Assembly: GCA_013822735.1 (NCBI GenBank)
Contig: PNKZ01000013.1
Location: 80,076 to 144,075, forward strand
Source of the DNA: Pirellula sp.
GTDB lineage: Bacteria; Planctomycetota; Planctomycetia; Pirellulales; PNKZ01
DNA length: 64,000 bases
Reading direction: 5' to 3'
Position 1 is the first letter of the stretch, and the number at the start of each line of letters is the position of its first letter. Positions 1-8,800 of the stretch are shown here, in pieces. The position numbers and the translations under genes are program-made. A model generated the notes under the pieces. That model did no database searches. It was not told the DNA's origin and saw only the letters and a list, made by a program, of their open reading frames with translations.

Positions 1-720
1 CACGAAAATGTCGCCGGCGCGATCGTTTCCTTTCGTGCTCAACGGACGCACGAACCCGAAGCCGGCCTGATGTCGGCGAAAGGTGCCGACGACGCCGGGG
101 AGGGGCTTGCCTGCTTGTTCGGCCAAGCGATCGGCGCGGCCGGTCGGCTTTTTGCCTTCGGTTTCACGCTTCGCGGATTTCTCGCGCCGTACCGAGCTTT
201 CTCGCGGCGCATCCGCCGGGGCAGGGGACCGCTTGCCGCTTTCGCCGGAACCTCCCTGTTCGTCAGCCGCAACGTTCTCCACCGGCAGCCGATTCGCCTC
301 CGGCGCTTTCGTCACATCGTCGGCCTCTTCCGCTTCCAGATCATCCAACGTCGGCAGCGCTTCCAAGTAGCGTTGCTCGCGGGGCGACTGCGGAATCACT
401 TTTGGCGGCGGCGCCGAGGCCGGGCCGATCAAATGGTTGGCCCCGTAAACGACTAGCCCGCGTTTGACGAGCTTTTTCACCAGCCGGCGCATTTCGCGCG
501 TTTCGACTTCCGATAGGCCGAGCTTCTTCGCGACGACGCGCGGCTTCACCGGCCGGTAGTTCGGGTTCTGCAAATGCGCGAGCAAGCGATGCTCCAGCGC
601 CGCGACGTCGGCAAAGCCTCCGCCGCTCGTTTCATCGTCGGCCGCGTCGTTTCCAACGTCTTCGCCGCCGACTTGATCATCCAAGTTTTCGTTTTCCAAC
701 GAATCATCCATTTCCGACAT
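1..720 (-). CDS. rnr: Ribonuclease R (VacB/RNase II family), N-terminal part; runs off the window start
   Basis: Not in the ORF track. Manual translation from ATG at 720 is open to position 1: MSEMDDSLEN...HLQNPNYRPVKPRVVAKKLGL (winged-HTH-like)...GVVGTFRRHQAGFGFVRP...GDIFV, which matches the CSD1 motif of RNase R. Confidence 0.85.
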   Translation of the reverse strand, partial: MSEMDDSLENENLDDQVGGEDVGNDAADDETSGGGFADVAALEHRLLAHLQNPNYRPVKPRVVAKKLGLSEVETREMRRLVKKLVKRGLVVYGANHLIGPASAPPPKVIPQSPREQRYLEALPTLDDLEAEEADDVTKAPEANRLPVENVAADEQGGSGESGKRSPAPADAPRESSVRREKSAKRETEGKKPTGRADRLAEQAGKPLPGVVGTFRRHQAGFGFVRPLSTKGNDRAGDIFV

Positions 721-822
721 TCTGTTCTCTTCTTCCATTCCAAACTTTGTTTTTCTTCCGACCGACTGAGCCGGTCGCGTTTGCGACGGCGAACTGCCGT
801 GCTGACTTCAATCGCTGTTCGG

Positions 823-1030
823 CGACGTAAGTCGCGCCGTCGCAGCGTTCCGCCGGAGGCACTTACGTCGACCTGACTATTTTCCACTGCGCAGATAACT
901 TCGATTATCTGCGCACCCCTTGTGGGTTTGGGGGTTGTGCGCAGATAACCCGAACTTATCTGCGCAATTGTTTTGGTTTGCTCGACGTAAGTCGCGCTTC
1001 CGCGATCGAGTCGCCGAACGACTTACGGCG
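823..1030. repeat. Cluster of four hairpins in A-B-B-A order (REP-like intergenic element)
   Basis: A: CGACGTAAGT 823-832 / ACTTACGTCG 861-870. B: TGCGCAGATAA 888-898 / TTATCTGCGCA 905-915. B': 938-948 / 956-966 with identical arms. A': CGTAAGTCG 986-994 / CGACTTACG 1019-1027. Confidence 0.85.
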
Positions 1031-1276
1031 CACGGCCGGGCCGACCTGATTGCCCTGAAGCGCGGCCCGGACATCGTCGGGTCCGAGAATCCGTACTATT
1101 CTACCAGATGAGGTCCGGCAGATTTGGCCGGCCCAAAACGGGCCTGAACGCCGCTTGACCACATCTTCCGCAACATGGTCGCGAAAATCGCCCCAACAGC
1201 GTCGAATCATTGGTTTTCGCCAGTTAGACGGCGAAGAACGACCTGCTCGTCGGCGGACCGTTGCGACAATTCTACG

Positions 1277-2248
1277 TTACTCTCCCGGGCTTCCCTTAAA
1301 AAACTTCCGGCCTAGGTTGGCGTGGTAGTTCGTCCAGGGGCTGTCGACGTTCGGGTCGTCGCGCATCAAGAGGTGGAAGCTGTGCATCTTCGCGTCGAGG
1401 TTATCGAGCAAGTGCAGGGCCACGGCTTCCAAGGTCATCGGCAGTTTCGGGCTGCCGAATTCGTATTCGCCGTGATGGCTCACGATCATGTGCTTCAATC
1501 TTAAGACGAGTTCCGCGGGAAAAGGTTCACCGGAAAGTTTTTCCGCCTCGCGGGCCTTCTGCTCCAGGGTCGACACGGCCATCACCAAATGGCCGATCAA
1601 TTGCCCTTCGTCCGTGTACGCAAAGCCACGGTCGTAGCTGAGTTCGTCGATCTTCCCCATGTCGTGCACGAAGGCGCCCATCAGGAGCAGATCGCCGTCG
1701 ACCTGCGGATAGAGCGGGCGCACGGCGGTGACCAAATCCATGAGCTGGACAATATGGTGCAACAACCCGCCGACGTAGGCGTGATGGTTCTTCACACCGG
1801 CCGGGCAACGCAGCAATTTCCCCATGAACGTTTGGTCCATCAGGAAACATTCGGCCAGATTGCGCAGGCTCAGGTTCTGCATTCCGCGCAGATGGGCCGT
1901 GAGCCGAATGACCAGTCGATCGAGTTCGGCCGGGGTCAGCGGCATGAAGTCGGCTTCGTCGACTTCCTCCGGCTTCGCCTTGCCGATCTTCGTGACGATC
2001 AGTTGCAACTGGCCCTGGAAGAGCTGCGTGTTCCCTTCGACGCGCACGTAGTCGCCGTCGTCGAAGCTGCGGTACTCGTGATCGCCGGCGTTCCACATTC
2101 GCCCGGCAATGCTACCGGTCCGGTCAGAAAGATCGACTTGCAGGTAGAGGTTGCCGTTTTTATTGGGCCGCAGTTGCTTCTGCGCGGCAAGAAACGTCTG
2201 GTCGATCTTATCGGTAGGCCCAAATTGCTGAATAAAACGACGCGGCAT
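1277..2248 (-). CDS. yhaM: YhaM/Cbf-like 3'-5' exoribonuclease (OB fold + HD domain)
   Basis: N-terminal OB-fold (LYLQVDLSDRTGSIAGRMW), HHAYVGGLLHH, HDMGK and SHHG...LDNLDA HD motifs. ATG at 2248 chosen as start. Confidence 0.85.
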   Translation of the reverse strand: MPRRFIQQFGPTDKIDQTFLAAQKQLRPNKNGNLYLQVDLSDRTGSIAGRMWNAGDHEYRSFDDGDYVRVEGNTQLFQGQLQLIVTKIGKAKPEEVDEADFMPLTPAELDRLVIRLTAHLRGMQNLSLRNLAECFLMDQTFMGKLLRCPAGVKNHHAYVGGLLHHIVQLMDLVTAVRPLYPQVDGDLLLMGAFVHDMGKIDELSYDRGFAYTDEGQLIGHLVMAVSTLEQKAREAEKLSGEPFPAELVLRLKHMIVSHHGEYEFGSPKLPMTLEAVALHLLDNLDAKMHSFHLLMRDDPNVDSPWTNYHANLGRKFFKGSPGE

Positions 2249-2339
2249 GTGCAAACGACCCCGACAAAAAGAACGACGGCGAACCTATTCATCGCAACTA
2301 ACGATGAAGGCAAACCGCGATTCTAGGGGGAAAGCCGTT

Positions 2340-2411
2340 TGTAGGGAACGCCCTCAGCGGCGTTCCGGGCCCAACGCGACGTGCGGAACGCCACGGAGGG
2401 CGTTCCCTACA
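2340..2411. repeat. GTAG-type REP doublet (REPIN-like element)
   Basis: TGTAGGGAACGCCCTC (2340-2355) is the perfect inverted repeat of GAGGGCGTTCCCTACA (2396-2411). Each half has an internal GGAACGCC..GGCGTTCC palindrome and a terminal GTAG. Confidence 0.85.
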
Positions 2412-2479
2412 GATTACGCGCTTTGTTAAAATTCGCGGCTGGCTTCGGCCGGGCAATGGCCTTCTTTCATCGGGCGGGG

Positions 2480-2731
2480 ATGATGCTCACGTTTGAATAT
2501 CGTGACGACGAAAAAACGCTCTTCGTTCACGGCGACATAGCCGGACTACGGTCGCTTGCGGAGTACATTCAACGATTGATCGCGCAAACCCCAGATGGCA
2601 CGTTCGATCATTCCCATCTGATGACGCCGGAATGGGGCGGCGAAGAACTCACGTCGACACCACAAGATCCCACGGCGGGACTAATCCATCATGTAAAGCT
2701 GTATTGCTGGAAGGGTGGACAACCCGCCTAG
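2480..2731 (+). CDS. Imm32-like polymorphic-toxin immunity protein (orphan)
   Basis: MMLTFEY...LFVHGDIAGLRSLA...DHSHLMTPEWGGEELTS...LIHHVKLYCW resembles the Imm32 HxHL-x-WGGxEL signature as I recall it. No toxin gene is adjacent. Confidence 0.7.
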   Translation: MMLTFEYRDDEKTLFVHGDIAGLRSLAEYIQRLIAQTPDGTFDHSHLMTPEWGGEELTSTPQDPTAGLIHHVKLYCWKGGQPA

Positions 2732-2875
2732 CACTGATAGGAATTGCCACGATTTCAGCGAACCTCTCCGAACTTGACCCGCTCTTTCTTCACGGCTAAA
2801 GTTGAATCGTCGGGCAGGGGTGTGACGATCGTTATTCCCAATTGTTTGCGACGATACCCAGTAAGCGAAATTACG

Positions 2876-2935
2876 ATGAACTTGCCGTTGAACCTTGAGC
2901 TTCTACTACTAGCGCTATTACAGCGCGGGCCGTAG
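2876..2935 (+). CDS. leuA attenuator leader peptide (MNLPLNLELLLLALLQRGP)
   Basis: 19 aa with 9 Leu codons (TTG x2, CTT x2, CTA x4, TTA). It lies upstream of leuA and overlaps the antiterminator arm. Confidence 0.85.
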   Translation: MNLPLNLELLLLALLQRGP

Positions 2936-3028
2936 GGTTCGTCGGCTGCCTCTGAAACGTTCAGAAGTGCGGCCGGCAAAGAAGCAACGAACCCCCGCGG
3001 CTACCAAAATGGCCGCGGGGGTTTTTTT
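2924..3028 (+). promoter_or_regulatory. Leucine transcription attenuator (antiterminator + terminator)
   Basis: GGGTTCGT 2935-2942 pairs with ACGAACCC 2987-2994, and CGCGGG 2924-2929 with CCCGCG 2994-2999. This competes with the terminator stem 2990-3001 / 3012-3023. Confidence 0.85.
2990..3028 (+). terminator. Intrinsic terminator of the leuA attenuator
   Basis: AACCCCCGCGGC-loop-GCCGCGGGGGTT followed by a T run (3022-3028). Confidence 0.9.
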
Positions 3029-3221
3029 GTTGATACATGCGGAAATTGCCTGAGGCGAGCGTCGAGGCGTCAGCCCGACGTGTCTGGGGCAACGGACGTG
3101 CCTGACGAACGACATGTCCGGAAGATGCGGATCGATTAAACTGAGAATCTCACGACGTTCGGTAAGCGGCGGCACGTCGGCCTTACGGCTCGACGCTCGC
3201 CCAGAAATAGGGAACTCTCCG

Positions 3222-4832
3222 ATGAGCGAAGTACGCCAGATCAAGATTTTCGACACCACGCTCCGCGACGGCGAGCAATCGCCCGGCTGCAGCATGAACA
3301 AGGCTGAGAAGCTGGAACTCGCGCAGGCGCTGGTCGATCTCGGCGTCGACATCATCGAAGCCGGCTTTCCGATCGCCTCGCCCGACGACTTCGACGCCGT
3401 CCGAGAAATCGCCTCGGTCGTACGCGGCAGCACCGTCTGCGGCTTGGCCCGTTGCAACGAGCAAGACATCGACCGAGCCTGGGACGCGCTCAAGCTCGCC
3501 AAACAGGCCCGCATCCATGTGTTCCTCGCCACCAGCGCGATCCATCGCGAATTCAAGCTCAAGATGACGCGGGAAGAGATCGTCGCGAGGGCCGTGGCCG
3601 GCGTGAAGCGGGCCGTCGGCTATTGCGACGACGTCGAATTCTCGCCTGAAGACGCGGCTCGCACGGAGAGCGATTTTCTTTGCGAGGTCGTGGAAGCGGC
3701 CATCGCCGCCGGTGCCACGACGATCAACATCCCCGACACCGTCGGCTACGCGACGCCGACGCACATGGGGAACGTGATTCGCAACCTCAAGAATCGCGTG
3801 CCGAATATCGACAAGGCGACGATCAGCATCCACTGCCATAACGATCTTGGCCTTGCCGTGGCCAACAGCCTCGCGGCGGTCGAAGCCGGGGCAGGGCAGA
3901 TCGAATGCACAATGAACGGCATCGGCGAACGGGCCGGCAATTGCTCGCTCGAAGAAGTAGTGATGGCGCTCCGCACGCGCTTCGACTACTACCAAGTAAC
4001 GACCGGCGTGCACACGAAGCGGCTTGTGCCGACGAGCCGGCTCTTGCAAAACATCACCGGCATGCAGGTGCAGCGCAATAAGGCGATCGTCGGGCGGAAC
4101 GCCTTCGCTCACGAGGCCGGCATCCATCAAGACGGCATGCTCAAGGAACGGAGCACCTACGAAATCATGCGCCCGGAAGACGTCGGGCTCACGAAGACCG
4201 ATCTCGTACTCGGCAAGCACTCGGGCCGCGCGGCTTTGGCCGATCGCGCCAAGGCGCTCGGCTATCAGCTCACGGGCGAGCAGCTTCAGGCGGTGTTCGA
4301 AAAGTTTAAGCGGCTCTGCGACAAGAAGAAGGAAGTATACGACGCCGATATCGCGGCAATTATCGAGCTCGAATTGCACGGTCTGCCCGAGGTGGAAGTC
4401 TGGACGATGTCGGGCTACAAGCTCACGGCCGCCGCGGGCCAAACGCCGAGCGTGGCTTTGTCGCTTTGCCGCGGCAAGGAAATCGTGACGAAGGAAGTGG
4501 CCGTCGGCGACGGGCCGTTCGACGCGCTGTTCCTCGCGATTGAGCAGATCACCGGCATCGAAGTCACCTGCCGCGACTTCAGCGTCCATAGCGTGACGGT
4601 GGGCAAGGATGCGCAAGGCGAGGTGACCGTCGAAGTCGAACACGGCGGACAGCTCTATCGCGGCCGGGGCGTGTCGACCGATAGCGTCGAAGCGAGCGCG
4701 CTGGCGTTCTTAAATGCGATCAATCGCGTGGCCGCAACCGCCGGTCGGCCGAAAGATCGCGTAAGCCCACACGAAGCGAACGCGGCGGCGACGACCGCGG
4801 CAGCTCCCAATGCGGAAACGACAAAGACCTGA
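3222..4832 (+). CDS. leuA: 2-isopropylmalate synthase
   Basis: IFDTTLRDGEQSPG, HCHNDLG, GIGERAGN and AHEAGIHQDG motifs, plus a C-terminal regulatory domain (GDGPFDA, GKDAQGEV). ATG 3222 preferred over the ORF start at 3114. Confidence 0.97.
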   Translation: MSEVRQIKIFDTTLRDGEQSPGCSMNKAEKLELAQALVDLGVDIIEAGFPIASPDDFDAVREIASVVRGSTVCGLARCNEQDIDRAWDALKLAKQARIHVFLATSAIHREFKLKMTREEIVARAVAGVKRAVGYCDDVEFSPEDAARTESDFLCEVVEAAIAAGATTINIPDTVGYATPTHMGNVIRNLKNRVPNIDKATISIHCHNDLGLAVANSLAAVEAGAGQIECTMNGIGERAGNCSLEEVVMALRTRFDYYQVTTGVHTKRLVPTSRLLQNITGMQVQRNKAIVGRNAFAHEAGIHQDGMLKERSTYEIMRPEDVGLTKTDLVLGKHSGRAALADRAKALGYQLTGEQLQAVFEKFKRLCDKKKEVYDADIAAIIELELHGLPEVEVWTMSGYKLTAAAGQTPSVALSLCRGKEIVTKEVAVGDGPFDALFLAIEQITGIEVTCRDFSVHSVTVGKDAQGEVTVEVEHGGQLYRGRGVSTDSVEASALAFLNAINRVAATAGRPKDRVSPHEANAAATTAAAPNAETTKT

Positions 4833-4842
4833 GCTCACTTAC

Positions 4843-4867
4843 GTCTCCGGTCTCCGGTCTCTAGTCT
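4843..4867. repeat. Short heptamer tandem repeat (GTCTCCG)n between convergent genes
   Basis: GTCTCCG GTCTCCG GTCTCTA GTCT followed by a T run. Confidence 0.6.
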
Positions 4868-4871
4868 TTTT

Positions 4872-5345
4872 TTACTTCGCGATGAACGCGAGGTAGTAGA
4901 AGACCCAGCCGGTGACGGAGGTGGCGAGCAAGTCGAGCGCGGCGATCCAGCCGAACCGCTTATGCCAGAGGCTGTGCGCACAGGGCCCCGGCGGCGATGG
5001 GATGTTGCGCAGCGCGCGCACGACGACCGTCGTCCAAATTAGAGCGGTTGTCACGGCAAAGCAGAGATGCAAGGCCAGAGCGCGCTCGACGAGACCGGTC
5101 GCATAATGCGGCGAATGTACGGCGCCGCTCCGCCAACCGGCGCCGAAGCGCATGTCGAGCTCGAAAAGCGTCACGGCGACCAGCAAGACCAAACTGAGCG
5201 TCACCTGCACGCGCTTGTGCAGCAGGTAGTTGCGGCGCACGCGCACCAGATAGATGCTCCAGAGCAAAACCGGCACGGCGACAAACATGGCCAGGAAGAC
5301 CACGTCGAGCATGAAGGAGGCAGGAGTGCCGAGAAAACCGTGCAT
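4872..5345 (-). CDS. DUF420-like membrane protein
   Basis: Four hydrophobic segments and conserved His residues (LHKRVQ, LHLCFA, WHKRFGW), ending TGWVFYYLAF. ATG at 5345. Confidence 0.75.
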   Translation of the reverse strand: MHGFLGTPASFMLDVVFLAMFVAVPVLLWSIYLVRVRRNYLLHKRVQVTLSLVLLVAVTLFELDMRFGAGWRSGAVHSPHYATGLVERALALHLCFAVTTALIWTTVVVRALRNIPSPPGPCAHSLWHKRFGWIAALDLLATSVTGWVFYYLAFIAK

Positions 5346-5520
5346 GAGCGCCGTCGCGTTTTGGTGAGCGGGTCCGCTGTCGCCGCGTATCGTAACCATT
5401 TCCCCTATCGGTCGGGAGACGTGCTTGCTTGAGCCGCCCGCGGTAAACCGTAGCAATTGGCAGAGCTTTGCCGGGTCGATACGATGAGGAGCCTGCGAAT
5501 CGTGCGATTCGCAAACCTTC

Positions 5521-5607
5521 GGCTGGGTGGCGAAATAGGCAGACGCACAGGACTTAAAATCCTGGGTCGGGTAAACCGACGTACGGGTTCGATTCCCGTC
5601 CCAGCTA
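5521..5607 (+). tRNA. tRNA-Leu, anticodon TAA
   Basis: Acceptor GGCTGGG/CCCAGCT, D-arm TGGCGAAATAGGCAGACGC, anticodon stem CAGGA/TCCTG with TAA at 5555-5557, long variable arm GTCGG-GTAAA-CCGAC, T-loop GGTTCGATTCC, discriminator A. CCA is not encoded. Confidence 0.97.
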
Positions 5608-5841
5608 CTGATTGGCGTTCGAATGAAGAATTATTCAGAATCGGGACTGGGACGCTTCCCCAGATGACTCCGCCCGAAGACGGGCAACAGCATCTCGCCC
5701 GATCGTTTTCTTACGCCAGATTGCCTCGCCGCAGAGGCAGGTAAGCTCGCAGACCTCGTCTTGCGACAGCATGAGAGCCGGCGGCAGCGTCAACCTGTTC
5801 GGGCGCGCGCTACTGAAACGCCTTGAAGTTTAGGACCTCGC

Positions 5842-8800
5842 CTAAGCTTTGAGTTCCGACGGGACCGCTCCGGTTTGTGATGCGTCTTCAACGCCGACTT
5901 CGGCCGTGCGGCGTTTGCGCCGTCGATATCCGGCGAAGCCGAGGCCGGCGAGTGCAACCATCAACAGGCTGCCGGGTTCGGGGACGGCGGAGTAGTTGAT
6001 ATAGAGAGCGTTGTTGTAGGAGCTGACCCAAAACTGGCCGCCGAGCGCCGAGCCGTACGACGAGCCCGCTCCGGTGCCAAAGATTGCGTCGCCGGTTTGG
6101 TTCGTGAAGACGTTGAAATAGGCCGACAGATCGGTGTCGACGAGCGGATTAATGGCCGCGGATGAGCCGTTGAGTTGAATTTCGTTGGCCGCGAGCCATT
6201 TCCAGGTGTAGGCGTAGGCGCGGCCGCCGGGCTCGTGTTGGCCGGCATTCGGCTCTTCGTCGATGGCGCTGGTAGGATCGAATGAGTTCGTGCCGTAGCC
6301 GGCCGTGCCGTTCCAGGAGTTGAGGTAGAGGTTGATCTTGTCGCCCGGAGAGAGCGCGAGATTCAACGCGCCGGACACCGCGAAGTAATCCCAATTGGTG
6401 CCGGGCGTAATTTCCGTGCCTGTGGGATTTCCGGCGGCGGCTTGGAAGTCGAACACCACGCTTGCTCCGGCGTTCCACGTGCTGCTCGCGATCGGGAGCG
6501 CGCCGACTCCGTTGCCCGCGGCGCCGTTGGTGTTGGAGCCGGCGCTGAGGACGCCGTTATTGTTGACGACGACCGGCGCGTTGATCGGTCCGGTGCCGTT
6601 GAAGGTGCCGACGTTGCCCGGGGTCGCAGCGTTGCCGACGTTCACACCGGAGCTGTTGTTTAGCGCGGTGTTGACGGTGAGCGAACCCTGATAGACGTTT
6701 GTCGCGCCGGAGTAGCTCGGCGTGTTCGTCAGGGTGAGGTTGCCGAGGCCGAGCTTCGTGAGGCTGCTGCCGGCGCTGCCGAACGCCGTGCCGAAGGAGA
6801 CAGATTGTGAATTGGTGTCGATGCGAAATAGCTGATTGGCGGCCGTGCTGAAGCGGGCGGAGTAATCGACGGCGTTGTTGGCCGAGTACTGGAGCGTGCC
6901 CCCTGAGAACGTGATAGAGCCTGCAGTGCCGAGCGCGCCAAGGCTGTCGACTTGGACGATGCCGTCGGCGAGCGCGGTGCCGCCGCTGTAGGTATTGGCG
7001 CCCGAGAGGGTGAGTTTGCCGAGCCCGTTCATGGTGAGCGAGCCGGTGGTGGTGGTGATGGCGCCTGCAATCGTGACGTCGCCCATGCCGGTGACGATGA
7101 GGCTTTGCGCAGCGCCGGCGATGGAGTTTGCAGCGCTGAGCGTGAGCAGGCCGGCGTCGGATTGGATAGTGGCGCCGCCGGTTGTTAAGGTGACGGTGCC
7201 GCCGTAGATGTTGTTGCCGCTCAGGTTGCGCAGTGCGCCGTTGGTGGCGGTGCCGGTGCCGGTAATGCTGAGCGGTTCGGCGCCGACGGTGATGTCGCCT
7301 TGCAGTTCGAGCGACGCGCCGGCTGCGACCGTCGTGCCGTTTGCGGTAGTGCCGAGCGCGGAGTTGTTGCCGATGCCGAGAATGCCGGCGCCGACCGTGG
7401 TCGCTCCGGTGTACGTGTTGGGACCCATGAGAATGAGTCGGCCGAGGCCGTTTTTCGTGAGAGCGTCGGCGCCCGAGCCGGTGCCGTCTTGAATTACGGC
7501 ATTGATCGTCGCATCCGCCGTGGGGGCAACGCTGATGGTGACCGTGCGGGCTTGATTGTTTTCCGCCAGCACGAACGTGTCCGATGCGGAATCGCCGATC
7601 GTCATCGTGCCGACGTTGCTGATGATCAAATTACGACTAGCTCCGGTGCTGCTCCAATTGCCCGTGAACGTGAAGTTGCCCGACCCTTGCAGGGTGCTGA
7701 CGCCGGTGAGAGTCACGGCGCTGGAGATCGTGCGGTTGCCGTCGTAATTGTCGAGAGTTCCGCCGGCGAGACCAAGCGCGGCGGTGCTAAGCGAGGCGTC
7801 GGATCCCACCTTCAGCACGCCTGCGGTAAGTGTGGTCGTGCCGGTATAAGTGTTGGGACCAAGGAGTACCCAGGTACTCGTGCCGGTCTTACTCAGGTTG
7901 AGCGTACTAACAATTTCTTGAATGAAGTTTACGGAGTTGTCGACCCCGGTCGATGTTCCGCCCAGCGTCAGCGTTTTGGTCCCGGCGGTAATGGTGCGAA
8001 TGGTACCGAGGCCGAGTGAGCCGGAACCATTGGCGTTGATGGTGAGGCCGCCGGTGGTCCCTTGCATTTCGACGATGCGGTCCGTCACGCTGCCTAAGCC
8101 GGTGTAGGTGAGCGTCACGGACGTAGTCGTGAGGCCGGTGCGAATGATGCCGCTCTCGACCGTCGTCGGGGCGCCCAGTGCGCTCGCTGCGCCGCCGACA
8201 TTGTCGACGCTCGCGAAGCTCAGCGTCCCGGATTGAAGTTCGACGGGGCCGGAGAACGTATTCGCGTTGGAAAGCGTTAAGACGTTCGTCTGTGTTTTCA
8301 GCAAGCCGCCGCTGCCGGCGAGAACCGCCGAGATGGTCGTGTCGACGGTATTGTTGAAGAAAAACCCGGAGGCGGCCGTGATCGTTCCGGTTCCGCTGAT
8401 AACCGGCCCGGCGCCGCTGGTCGTCATCGTGCCGACGGCGACGTTGTTCGTGCCGATATCGAACGTCGCTCCCGCGCCGATGCTGAGGTTGTTGCCGACG
8501 CCGATCGCGTTGCCGACGCCGAGGGTCAGCGTGCCGCCTGTGATAGACGTTGCGCCGGTGTAGTTGGCCGCCGCATTAAGCGTGAGATTTCCCGCTCCGG
8601 TCTTCGTGAAGCCGCCGCTGCCGGAGCCGACGCTATTGGCCAATACCAGGCTGATGCCGTTGGTGTCGATGGTGCCGCCGCCGCCGAGGAGTGTGATAGC
8701 ACGGAGGGAGATGTCATCGGTCAGCGACGACCCGAGACGAAGCGTTCCTCCGGCGAAGACGAGTGCTCCCGTATTACCGCCGATGTTATCGAGGTCGGCG

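Noticed and set aside
823-1030. Mini CRISPR array
   Set aside because: The repeats are two distinct palindrome types without regular repeat-spacer periodicity, and there are no cas genes.
39-1210. Short ORFs listed in the track at the window start
   Set aside because: They overlap the rnr frame or the hairpin cluster and have no recognisable motifs.
3183-4643. 486-aa minus-strand ORF
   Set aside because: It is an antisense shadow of leuA.
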